DNA of 64,000 bases, taken from assembly GCA_050015075.1 (NCBI GenBank), contig JBEKCB010000011.1, positions 59,209 through 123,208 of the forward strand, read 5' to 3'. The stretch comes from Candidatus Brocadiia bacterium. Lineage in GTDB: Bacteria; Planctomycetota; Brocadiia; CAIUPP01. The position numbers were made by a program, and so were the translations under genes. A model generated the notes under the pieces. It worked only from the letters and a program-made list of their open reading frames with translations. It searched no databases and had not been told where the DNA came from. Of the stretch, positions 1 to 9,002 are shown one piece after another. Each line of letters opens with the position of its first letter. The first letter of the stretch is position 1.

Positions 1-1090
1 GCTGGAGGGAAGCGCGGTGGCGGGGAAGAAGCTTTCGCCGATCGAGACGCGCGTCGTGTCGGAAGCGGAGGCGGCGTCGCAGCGCTTCGAGGACTATCGC
101 TGCATCATCCTCGCCGACGTGCCGCGCGTCGAGGAGCGGCTGGCCGACCGGCTGAAGGACTACGTCAAGGCCGGCGGCGGGCTGCTGATCTTCTGCGGCG
201 AGAAGGTGGACGCGGCGGCGTTCAACGTGGCGCTCGGGACGCCGGACCTCGCCGGCGCCGGCGTCCTTCTCCCGGCGCCGCTCGGCCCGGTGATGACCGC
301 CTCGGAGAAGGAGCATCCCTTCTTCCAGGTCCAGCGCACCGACACGAGCCACCCGATCTTCCGCGACATCAGCGCGGAGACTGACCTGGGCACCGCGCGG
401 GTCAGGAGTTTCCTCTCGACCGAGGTCCCGAAAGGCAGCGGCGCCGCGGTGATCGTGGAGATGAACGGCGGTCCGCTCCTGCTCGAGCGCAAGTTCGGCG
501 CGGGCGCCGTGGTCCTCTGCACGAGTTCGTGCACGCCCGCGTGGAACAACCTTCCGCTGAAGCCGTACTTCGTGCCGATCCTCCACCAGATCGTCTATTA
601 CCTCAGCCGCACCGGCGGCGACGCCGAACGCAGCACGCCGGCCGGGACGCCGTACCTGCTGAAGCTGCCGAACACGCCCGCGCCGGTGACGGTGGAGTTC
701 TCGCTGCCGGCGAAGGACGCGAAAGAGAAGGCCGATTCGACCCGCGAGGTGAAGAGCGCGCAGACGGCCGGCGAGAACCGCGCGGCGCTCCGCGACACCG
801 CCCGCCCCGGCATTTACAGCGCGGAATTCAACATCACCGGCGCCGCGCAGCGGCAGCTCTTCGCGGTCAACACACCGTCCGAGGAAACCGAGCTGGCGCG
901 GCTGCCGCTCGAAAAGGCGCGCGACTACCTCGACCGCGGAAACGTCGTCCTCGTCCCCGGCGCCGAGGCGATCGCGCCCGCCGTCCGGATCGAGCGAAAC
1001 GGCGTGCCGCTCTGGGATTACCTGCTGCTGGCGACGATCGTTCTGGCGGTGTGCGAGTGTTTCGTTGGGAACGTGGTGCTCAAACGGTGA
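1..1090 (+). CDS. C-terminal part of a BatA/VWA-type envelope protein with a GATase-like domain and C-terminal TM anchor (probably 5'-truncated by the window)
   Basis: CIILADV..LKDYVKAGGGLLIFCG GATase-like motif, W.NLP..P.FVPIL, FAVN...ETEL, and C-terminal LWDYLLLATIVLAVCE helix; the frame is open to the window edge. Confidence 0.7.
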   Translation, partial: LEGSAVAGKKLSPIETRVVSEAEAASQRFEDYRCIILADVPRVEERLADRLKDYVKAGGGLLIFCGEKVDAAAFNVALGTPDLAGAGVLLPAPLGPVMTASEKEHPFFQVQRTDTSHPIFRDISAETDLGTARVRSFLSTEVPKGSGAAVIVEMNGGPLLLERKFGAGAVVLCTSSCTPAWNNLPLKPYFVPILHQIVYYLSRTGGDAERSTPAGTPYLLKLPNTPAPVTVEFSLPAKDAKEKADSTREVKSAQTAGENRAALRDTARPGIYSAEFNITGAAQRQLFAVNTPSEETELARLPLEKARDYLDRGNVVLVPGAEAIAPAVRIERNGVPLWDYLLLATIVLAVCECFVGNVVLKR

Positions 1091-1168
1091 GGCGCAAGAA
1101 ATGGGAGTTATGGGAAGGAAGATGGGAGATATGATTGGCGCGGCGGCCTTCCTTATTCTGAAGCGGCG

Positions 1169-3529
1169 ATGAGTAACTGGGAATTCACATTCACGGGAAC
1201 CTGGTCGGCGTGGATCGTCGCGCTGATCGCCTTCGGGGCGGTCGCGTTGACGTTGCTCTTCTACCGCGCGAAGCGGGCGCAGTTGTCGCGGCGCGCGTTC
1301 ATTATCCTCACGGTCCTGCGGACGCTGGTGATCGTGGCGACGGCGCTGTTCCTCATGAAGCCGGTGCTTCGCTTCAGCCGCAACGCCGCGGAGCGCAGCC
1401 AGGTGATTGTCCTGCAGGATGTCTCGCAGAGCATGGGCATCCACGACGCCATCGAGGGACGCAGCCGGCTCGAGGCCGGGCTCTTCCTGCTGCGCGAGTC
1501 GCCGTACAAGATCCTCGAGAAGCTCTCCGACACGCACCAGGTCCGCTTTTTCACGTTCGGCAGCGTGACGGCGGAGACGCAGCCCTCCGGCGCGTTCCAG
1601 GCGGACGAGCGCGCGACCGCGCTCGGCGACGCGCTGAAGGAATCCGTCGCGCGCGTCGGACAGCCGGCGACGGCGGCGGTGATCCTGCTCACCGACGGCG
1701 TTCCGACTTCCGGCGAGGACCCGCGCATGGTCGCGCGTACGCTCGGCGTGCCCGTGTTCCCGATCGCGCTCGGCGGCCGGATGGCGGAGAAGGGAAAATT
1801 CTTCGACATCGGCATCGCCGGCGTCCCGCACAACCTGGAGCTGATCGTCAACAACATCGGGAAGCTGAAATTCACGCTCTCGAACTTCGGCATCGAGGGC
1901 CTCAGCGACGCCGAGCGCGCCATGACGATGACGCTGAGCTGCAAGAACCAGGTCGTCGCGACCGCGCCGGTGCAGTTCCCCGCGCAGAACGGCTCGCGCG
2001 AGGCGGAGATCGAGTACACGCCCAAGGAGGTCGGCGTCCAGAAGCTCACCGTGGCGCTGCCGACGCTGCCGGGCGAGCCGATCACGGAGAACAACACCCG
2101 CGAGTTCATCGTGCGCGTGGTGGAGCCGAGGATCCGCGTGCTGATCGTCGAGGGCGTCATCCGCAGCGAGTACCGCTTCCTGCGCAAGGTCCTCGGCAGC
2201 GACCCGACGATCCAGGTCACGAGCGTGATCAAGAAGGACAAGGAGGAGTTCTATCAGCAGGATTCCGACCCGGGCATTGACCTGAGCCGCGGGCTGCCGC
2301 GGAACAAGGAGGACTTCAAGAAGTTCGACGTCGTCATCCTCGGCGACATCGCGCGCGCGGAGTTCACCGACGAGCAGTTGCAGGGCCTGAAGGACTACGT
2401 CTCCGGCGGGGCCGGGCTGCTGGCCATCGGCGGTTATCACGCGTACGGGCCGGGCGGCTACGCGGACAGCCCGGTCGCCGACCTGCTCCCGCTGAAGATC
2501 CATGGGCCGGCGGACGGGCAGAGCGCGGGGAACTTCGCGCCCGCGCTGACGCCGCTCGGCAGAGCGCACCCGGTCTTCGAAGGCTGCGAGAAGTTCTTCG
2601 AGGACTCCTCGAACCCGGCCGATGCGGCCGCGGAGAAAAGTGCCGCCGCCATGGCGACGCTCGACGGCGCGAACCGCGTCGTCGGCGTCAAACCCGGCGC
2701 GGAGATCCTCATGGTCAACCCGAAGGAGACTCTTCCGGGCGGCAACGAGAATATGCCCGTCGTCGCCGTGCAGCAATTCGGCGTCGGCCGCGTGCTGGCG
2801 CTGACGGCCGACACGACCTGGAAGTGGAGATTCCAGATGGAAGGGCATGGGCTGGATTCTCCGTACTATCGTTTCTGGCGCCAGTCCGTCCGCTGGGCGG
2901 CCGGGCGCAAGGACCAGGGCGGCCAGCGCGTCAAGGACCGCCTGATCGCGTGGCCGGACAAGCTGGAGTACGCGCTCGGCGAGCCGATGACGATCGAGGC
3001 GCGTGTCCAGAGCGCCGACGGCGAGCCGCTGGACAACGCGAAGGTGGAGGTGGAAATCCAGAACCCGACGCCCGGCGGAGCGGCGCCGCCGCAGGCTTCG
3101 CCGAAAAGCACGGGCGGCGACGCGCCTGCCGCCAAGGCGGTCCTCGGCCGCGACGCTCAGACGGTCGGACAGTATCGCGGCAGCGTGTCGCCGAGCATCG
3201 GCGGGATCGGCCGCGCGATCGTGACGGCCTCGGACAAGAACGCCGAGTTCGCCCGCGTGGAATTCGAGTTCTCCGTCGGGCAGATCGCCGGCGAATTCGA
3301 CCGCGTGGACGTGGACGAGGTGCTGCTTCAGACGCTGGCGGCGGAGACCGGCGGCGAGTTCCACACGTTCGCGACCGCCGCGCAGATCCCCGAGGAACTC
3401 GACCAGCGGCAGCACCGCGTGATGTATCACGAGGAAAAGAACATCTGGAACGAGTGGGGCTTCGCGCTGGTGTTCCTGGCGTGCGCCTCCGCCGAATGGC
3501 TCTTGCGCAAACGCAATGCGCTGAATTAA
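1169..3529 (+). CDS. Membrane protein with VWA, Ig-like and glutamine-amidotransferase-like (DUF1355-type) domains
   Basis: Two N-terminal TM helices, MIDAS DVSQSM and ILLTDG, FDVVILGD..GAGLLAIGG, TWKW, C-terminal EWLLRKR. Confidence 0.75.
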   Translation: MSNWEFTFTGTWSAWIVALIAFGAVALTLLFYRAKRAQLSRRAFIILTVLRTLVIVATALFLMKPVLRFSRNAAERSQVIVLQDVSQSMGIHDAIEGRSRLEAGLFLLRESPYKILEKLSDTHQVRFFTFGSVTAETQPSGAFQADERATALGDALKESVARVGQPATAAVILLTDGVPTSGEDPRMVARTLGVPVFPIALGGRMAEKGKFFDIGIAGVPHNLELIVNNIGKLKFTLSNFGIEGLSDAERAMTMTLSCKNQVVATAPVQFPAQNGSREAEIEYTPKEVGVQKLTVALPTLPGEPITENNTREFIVRVVEPRIRVLIVEGVIRSEYRFLRKVLGSDPTIQVTSVIKKDKEEFYQQDSDPGIDLSRGLPRNKEDFKKFDVVILGDIARAEFTDEQLQGLKDYVSGGAGLLAIGGYHAYGPGGYADSPVADLLPLKIHGPADGQSAGNFAPALTPLGRAHPVFEGCEKFFEDSSNPADAAAEKSAAAMATLDGANRVVGVKPGAEILMVNPKETLPGGNENMPVVAVQQFGVGRVLALTADTTWKWRFQMEGHGLDSPYYRFWRQSVRWAAGRKDQGGQRVKDRLIAWPDKLEYALGEPMTIEARVQSADGEPLDNAKVEVEIQNPTPGGAAPPQASPKSTGGDAPAAKAVLGRDAQTVGQYRGSVSPSIGGIGRAIVTASDKNAEFARVEFEFSVGQIAGEFDRVDVDEVLLQTLAAETGGEFHTFATAAQIPEELDQRQHRVMYHEEKNIWNEWGFALVFLACASAEWLLRKRNALN

Positions 3530-3602
3530 ACTTGGATGGACGATGGACGATGGACGACGGACTAACGCTCCGATTCCATTGCCTATCTTCGGAGGCAAAA
3601 AT

Positions 3603-4733
3603 TTGCGGCGTTGTATCATTGGACTTCTGCTCATCTTTGCGGCATGCCGGACGGGTTTCGGCGCTGAAAAACTCGCATGGCGCGACGCGTCGGTCGAACT
3701 GAGCGACGGGCGGACGGTCGCCGGGCAGGTCGCGCTCGTGAACGACCAGTTGATCATCCATAACGACGCGCAGGAGAAGAAGTACACCGTCCGGCTCGCC
3801 GAGATGAAGCAGCTCGAGTCGCTCGTCGAGAAGGAATCCTTGGAGAAGAAGTGGTTCTTCAAGGAGGACGGCCGCGACGAGAAAGTCTATACCGGCGAGG
3901 TCTATCCCGTGCGCTATTTCAACACGCGCGTGACGTTCGGCGACGGGCGCACGCTCGAGGGCCACATCATCAGCACCACGGCGCTTCTCAAAGTCGGCGA
4001 CGACGCGCCGGAGCGCCTCTTCCTGACCCGGCAGATGGAGGGCAAGGTCGGCCAGAAGCTCGACGACCTCGTCTACGTCAAGCGCATCGCGCTCAAGGGC
4101 GAAGCCGCCGGCGTCCTGGGCAGCATCCGCGGGACGGTGCGCCTGCCCGCGGGCGAAAAGCTGGTGGGCGTCATCGCCATCAACTGCCAGGACGATACCA
4201 GCCTCACGGCTGAAATGGGCGGGAACGGCGCGTTCAAGTTCACCGAGTGCACGCGCGGCGCTTACGACCTGATCGTCCTGTCGGACCGGGCGATTTACGC
4301 AGGGTTCAGCGCGGAAAAGGCGCCCGACGGCGCGCGCCTCGGCGCGGGGACGCTGAAGGAAATCTCCGACTGGTCGAAGAACGTCCGCGATTTCTTCGAC
4401 TCGCACGACCCGCTATACGGCGCCGGGAGCCTGGAGCGCGCCTACGTCCTCGTCCGCATGGAACGCGCGCGCGACCGCGCGAACACGCTCCAGGCCGACA
4501 CGATGTTCCGCCGCTACGAGGTGTGGCTGATGGCGAAGCCGGAGGACGAGTGGGTGATCGCGAAGCGCTTCGTCCTCCAGCGCGGCCTCAGCGCGGGCAA
4601 GGACATCCCGAGAGAACGCATGGAAATCCGGCCGGCGCTGGCCGGACAGAACGTCAGCGCGGAGCGCAGCGACTTGACGCTTTCGCTGCAACTGGCCGGC
4701 GGCGACGCGGCCGTTTCTCAGCCGTCGAACTGA
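3603..4733 (+). CDS. Secreted hypothetical protein
   Basis: GGAGG then TTG at 3603; signal peptide MRRCIIGLLLIFAAC; codon usage matches the operon. Confidence 0.65.
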   Translation: MRRCIIGLLLIFAACRTGFGAEKLAWRDASVELSDGRTVAGQVALVNDQLIIHNDAQEKKYTVRLAEMKQLESLVEKESLEKKWFFKEDGRDEKVYTGEVYPVRYFNTRVTFGDGRTLEGHIISTTALLKVGDDAPERLFLTRQMEGKVGQKLDDLVYVKRIALKGEAAGVLGSIRGTVRLPAGEKLVGVIAINCQDDTSLTAEMGGNGAFKFTECTRGAYDLIVLSDRAIYAGFSAEKAPDGARLGAGTLKEISDWSKNVRDFFDSHDPLYGAGSLERAYVLVRMERARDRANTLQADTMFRRYEVWLMAKPEDEWVIAKRFVLQRGLSAGKDIPRERMEIRPALAGQNVSAERSDLTLSLQLAGGDAAVSQPSN

Positions 4734-4743
4734 AAGGGCGGAC

Positions 4744-7700
4744 ATGGCTGCCGGGATAACGGACGAAACGAGAAACGGTCAATCGCCCGAAGCCGCCGAA
4801 GTCGTCCGGGCGCGGCTGAACCGCGCGAGGCAGGCCTGGCGCCGCATGGACGTCGCCGCCGTCCTCCTGCGCGGAGCGGTGGTCGTCCTCGCCGCCTTCC
4901 TCGCCGCCCTGGCGCTGGACAACCTGCTGCGGCTTCCCGGCTTCGTGCGCCTGGTCCTCGGCCTGGCGTTCGTCGCGGGCGCGGTTTACTTCCTCGGCTT
5001 CAAGGTTTTCCATCGCCTCATGCGCCGGCTCACCGACGAGATGGTTGCCGCCCACGTCGAGCACAGCCATCCGGACCTCGACAATTACCTCATCAACGCG
5101 ATCCTGCTGCAGAAGGCCGAATTCGCGGACCCGATCACGCGCCGCATGGCCACCTCGCAACTCGGCGAAGCGGCGCGCGCGGTGGATTCGCTCTCGCCCG
5201 CCGACCCGACGGGCCGCAAGGGCCTGCGGAAATGGGGCCTGATCGCCGGCGGACTCTGCCTGGCGTCCGTCCTCTATGCCGCGGCGCTCCCGGCCTACTT
5301 CTCGAACGCGCTGCAGCGCTACGCCGCGCCGCAGAAATACATCCCGCCGGTGAGCGCGGTCATCCTGACCGTGACGCCCGGGAACGCGGATAAGCTCCAG
5401 GGCGATTCGCTGGTCGTGGAGGCGCGCGGGCCGGCGAGCGTCTACGCCCGGAAGGCGGAGATCACGTTCGAGGACCGCGCTTCCGGCCGGCGCGAGACGA
5501 AGCCGATGGCGTTCGAGGGCGGCTTCTTCTCATATGAGTTCGCCGGCCTGCAGAGCGACTTCAGCTACCGCGTCAGCGCGGGCGATTTCGTCAGCGACCG
5601 ATACGCCGTCACCGTCCGCACGCGGCCCGGCGTTCGAGAGGTCAAGCTCACGTACGTTTTCCCGGGCTACATGAATCTGCCCGACCAGGTCGAGCCGCCG
5701 AGCGCTATCGGGAACATCACCGCGCCGGTCGGCACGCGCGTCCGCATCGAGGCTTCAGCCGACCGCCCGATCAAGTCCGCGAGACTTTCCGTCGGGACGA
5801 TGGCCGACGGGCAATGGACGGATACGCCGATGACCGTCTCGGGCGGACAGACCGCCCAGGGCGGAATCGAGGTCGCGCGCAGCGGGCGATATCGGATCAT
5901 CGTCCAGGACGCCGCGGACGTCCCGAACCAGCCGGTGGTCGCGCAGATCGTGGCGCTGCCGGACGACCCGCCGGTGGTGCGAGTGACCGATCCCGGGAAG
6001 GACATCACCCTGGACACGTCCGCGAAGCTCGCCGTCTCGGCCGTGGCCAAGGACGATTTCTCGCTTCAGGGAATGGCCTTCTTCATCCAGCGCGGCGCGG
6101 ACAAGGACTGGGAGAAAGTCCGGAGCTGGTCGTACAAGGCGACCTCGCGCGAGACGCCGGAAGGCCTGGAGCTTGACCTCAAGCCGCTGAACCTCTCCGC
6201 CGGGACCGTGCTGAGCTACTACTTCCAGGCGAGCGACGGCATGCCGGGGCGCGACGCGACGGCCGGCCGCAGCCGCACGTACCAGGTGACCATCGGCGAC
6301 GCCGCGGCGGTCAAGCGGAAGTCGGAGCAGGCGCTCGAAGCGCTGCGCGCGCTGATCACCCGGCTGATCGCCATGCAGAAGAGCAACCTCGCCGCCACGC
6401 ACGACGTGCGCGGTTGGGCCGAAACGGGGATGGAAGCCGCCGCGCCCGCGCCGCATGGCCTGGCCGAGCGCGCCAGCCCGCTCCGCAAAGCCGAGGAGGA
6501 AATCTACTCGACCGCGGTCCAGACCGTGCGCGAGAACGCCGAGAACGCCGCGGTGGACCTCCTCGACGGCCTTTCCTCGATCGCCTCGCACGAAGTCGTG
6601 CGCGCGCTGGACCAACTCGAAGCCGTCCGCGGCGCCCGGGAAAAAGCGCAGGCGCTGCCGGCGCTCGACACCGCCGCCGCGACCGAACAGCAGATCGCGG
6701 ATCTGCTCGAAAAACTGCTGAGCGACCCGCAGGCCTTCGCCAGGGAGCGGCTGACGACGCCGCCGAAGACCCGCCAGGCCGACCAGGAGGAAGTGCTCCA
6801 TGGGAACCGGGAGCGCGCCGAGCGCATGCTCGCGGCGGTCAAGGATTTCATCAAGGAACAGGAAGACGTGGTCAAGATGTCCAAGCAGCTCAAGGACACG
6901 CCGGTCAATGATTTCTCGAAGGGCGACGAGGAGAACCTCAAGAAGGTCAGCGACTCCGAGCTCAAATGGGCGAAATATTTCCAGGAACTCGCCACCGACC
7001 TGAGCAAGCTGCCGCCGCAGGATTTCTCGCTCGCGACCCAGGCCAAGGAATTCAACGAGATTTACACCGACGTGCAGAAAGCCGCCGACGCCGCGGACCA
7101 GAAGGCGGTCGAGCTGGCGGTGCCGCTCGAGCAGAGCGGCCTGGAACTCGCCAAGAGCCTGGAGACGAACATCGAGAAGTGGCTCTCGGAGTCGCCCGAC
7201 CGGACCGCGTGGAAGATGGAGGACGCCGTCCAGGACTATGACGTGCCGCTGGCGGAGCTGCCCAAGGAACTCGAGGACCTCATCGGCGACCTGCTGGAGC
7301 AGGAGCAGGACCTGCTCGACGACGCGGCCGACGCGACGAGCAACTGGCTCGACAGCATGGACAAGGGCGTCGGCTGGGGCGCCGCGGACGGTCCAATCGC
7401 CGACATGAGCGCCAAGGGCGTCACGGGCAACGTGCTGCCCGACTCGCAGGAGATCGGCGGGCGCAGCGGCGAGGGCCGCACCGGGAAATCCAGCGGCCAG
7501 TACGTGCAGGACACCGCCAGCGGCAAGGGCGGCCGCACCACGCCGACGCGGCTGACGCTGGACCCCTACGAGGCCGGCTCGGTCAAGGACTCGAGCGCGG
7601 AGTCGCCCAGCGGCTCGACCGGCGGCGGCAAGGCGAGCGGCTTCGGCCAGGAAGGGCTTCGCGGTCCGATGCCGCCCACGGTGCGCGGCGAGCTCAAGCG

Positions 7701-8067
7701 CGTCACGCAGCTCCAGCAGCAGTTGATTGACAAGGCGCAGAACCTCGACTACGGCCTGCGGAAATACAACTACCCGCACGGCGAACTCCCGAAGACCATC
7801 GAGCTGATGAAGCAGATTCAGACGAGCATCGAGCAGGGCGACATCCCGACCGCCGGGACGAGTTCGCGCATCGTGCTCTCGAACCTGACGGAGCTCAAGG
7901 ACGTGGTCTCGCGGCAGAAGCGGCTCACGCGCGACAACTCGGCCTCGCTGCCGAAGGAAATCCGCGACGAGATCGCCGCCGGGGCGAACGAAGGCGTGCC
8001 GCCGGAATATCGCGACCTGGTCAGCGGCTACTTCCGCGCGCTTTCCGAGGCGGGCACCGGGCCATGA
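4744..8067 (+). CDS. DUF4175-like large membrane-anchored protein (TM, Ig-like, coiled coil, Gly-rich C-terminus)
   Basis: Three N-terminal TM segments, D.PP.V and AKDDF motifs, long helical region, C-terminal VPPEYRDLVSGYFRAL. Confidence 0.7.
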   Translation: MAAGITDETRNGQSPEAAEVVRARLNRARQAWRRMDVAAVLLRGAVVVLAAFLAALALDNLLRLPGFVRLVLGLAFVAGAVYFLGFKVFHRLMRRLTDEMVAAHVEHSHPDLDNYLINAILLQKAEFADPITRRMATSQLGEAARAVDSLSPADPTGRKGLRKWGLIAGGLCLASVLYAAALPAYFSNALQRYAAPQKYIPPVSAVILTVTPGNADKLQGDSLVVEARGPASVYARKAEITFEDRASGRRETKPMAFEGGFFSYEFAGLQSDFSYRVSAGDFVSDRYAVTVRTRPGVREVKLTYVFPGYMNLPDQVEPPSAIGNITAPVGTRVRIEASADRPIKSARLSVGTMADGQWTDTPMTVSGGQTAQGGIEVARSGRYRIIVQDAADVPNQPVVAQIVALPDDPPVVRVTDPGKDITLDTSAKLAVSAVAKDDFSLQGMAFFIQRGADKDWEKVRSWSYKATSRETPEGLELDLKPLNLSAGTVLSYYFQASDGMPGRDATAGRSRTYQVTIGDAAAVKRKSEQALEALRALITRLIAMQKSNLAATHDVRGWAETGMEAAAPAPHGLAERASPLRKAEEEIYSTAVQTVRENAENAAVDLLDGLSSIASHEVVRALDQLEAVRGAREKAQALPALDTAAATEQQIADLLEKLLSDPQAFARERLTTPPKTRQADQEEVLHGNRERAERMLAAVKDFIKEQEDVVKMSKQLKDTPVNDFSKGDEENLKKVSDSELKWAKYFQELATDLSKLPPQDFSLATQAKEFNEIYTDVQKAADAADQKAVELAVPLEQSGLELAKSLETNIEKWLSESPDRTAWKMEDAVQDYDVPLAELPKELEDLIGDLLEQEQDLLDDAADATSNWLDSMDKGVGWGAADGPIADMSAKGVTGNVLPDSQEIGGRSGEGRTGKSSGQYVQDTASGKGGRTTPTRLTLDPYEAGSVKDSSAESPSGSTGGGKASGFGQEGLRGPMPPTVRGELKRVTQLQQQLIDKAQNLDYGLRKYNYPHGELPKTIELMKQIQTSIEQGDIPTAGTSSRIVLSNLTELKDVVSRQKRLTRDNSASLPKEIRDEIAAGANEGVPPEYRDLVSGYFRALSEAGTGP

Positions 8068-8999
8068 AGATCGGGGCTGGAATCGCGGCGTTGGTTCTCC
8101 TCGTCCGGTTCGCCGCGGCCGCGGACCCGGCCGACGCGACGAAGGACCGCGACGGCCTGCCGCCGGCGCCGGACGGCGTGAAGTACCTTAACCGGGATTC
8201 CTGCGGCGCGATGCAGATAAAGGCGCTGAGCGGGAACCTGGTCAAGAACGGCAGCTTCGAGGACGGGCGCTGGTGGCCGGTCGGCTGGGACCCGTGCGAC
8301 AAGCTCGGGACGTTCTGGGCCGCGGGCGGAACGGACGGCAAGCGCTGCATCCGCATTGACACGAACCTGCAGGACGACCAGTGGGTGGCCTGGAACGAGA
8401 AGGTGCTCGCGATCGCCGCGCAGGCCGCCAGGCAAACCGCCGGCGATGCGCAGACCGCGGCGGAAGACCCGATCCCGAATCCGCCCGCCCGGCAGCCGAC
8501 GAAGGCGCCCTATTACGATACCGTGGCCGGGAACCACGGCATCCATTACCGGTGCGAATTGATCCGCGTCGAGCCCGGCGCGATCTACCGGCTGAGCGTG
8601 GACGCGCGCAACACCTGCGGCGGCGAGCCGATGGTCTTCATCAAGGGCTTCTTCGGCCGGCCCACGATGACGGAATCCGGCGAGCAGGTCCTCGAGCGCA
8701 GCATCTACCGCGTCGAGCGGACGCTCCATAATTCCGACGGTGAGTGGCGGCGGTTCGCCACCGTTTTCCACCCGGCGCTTTCCAAGTCCACCGTCGAGGG
8801 CAAAGCGAAGCAGCCGGAGTGGATGCGCGTGGAGCTTTACGCGTTCTGGCCGGTCGGGATCTACGAGTTCGACAATGTGCGGATCGAGGTCGTCGGCCAC
8901 GAGGAAATCCAGCCGCCGCCGCAGCCGGCCGCCGCGAAGGAACCTGCGAAGCCCGCGAAACCGTTGAAGGACGACGAGTTTCCTGTTTTCGACAAGTAG
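8064..8999 (+). CDS. Secreted protein with a carbohydrate-binding-like (CBM4/9-type) jelly roll
   Basis: Signal peptide, NLVKNGSFE start and YEFDNVRI end motifs; ATGA overlap with the upstream gene. Confidence 0.6.
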   Translation: MKIGAGIAALVLLVRFAAAADPADATKDRDGLPPAPDGVKYLNRDSCGAMQIKALSGNLVKNGSFEDGRWWPVGWDPCDKLGTFWAAGGTDGKRCIRIDTNLQDDQWVAWNEKVLAIAAQAARQTAGDAQTAAEDPIPNPPARQPTKAPYYDTVAGNHGIHYRCELIRVEPGAIYRLSVDARNTCGGEPMVFIKGFFGRPTMTESGEQVLERSIYRVERTLHNSDGEWRRFATVFHPALSKSTVEGKAKQPEWMRVELYAFWPVGIYEFDNVRIEVVGHEEIQPPPQPAAAKEPAKPAKPLKDDEFPVFDK

Positions 9000-9002
9000 G
9001 CG

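Noticed and set aside
1100-1160. ATGGGAG-type short tandem repeats in the intergenic gap
   Set aside because: Probably another decayed short-repeat family, but single and degenerate in this window.
3070-3135. Pro/Ala/Gly linker in the DUF1355-type protein as a family D copy
   Set aside because: Similarity is too low to separate from an ordinary low-complexity linker.
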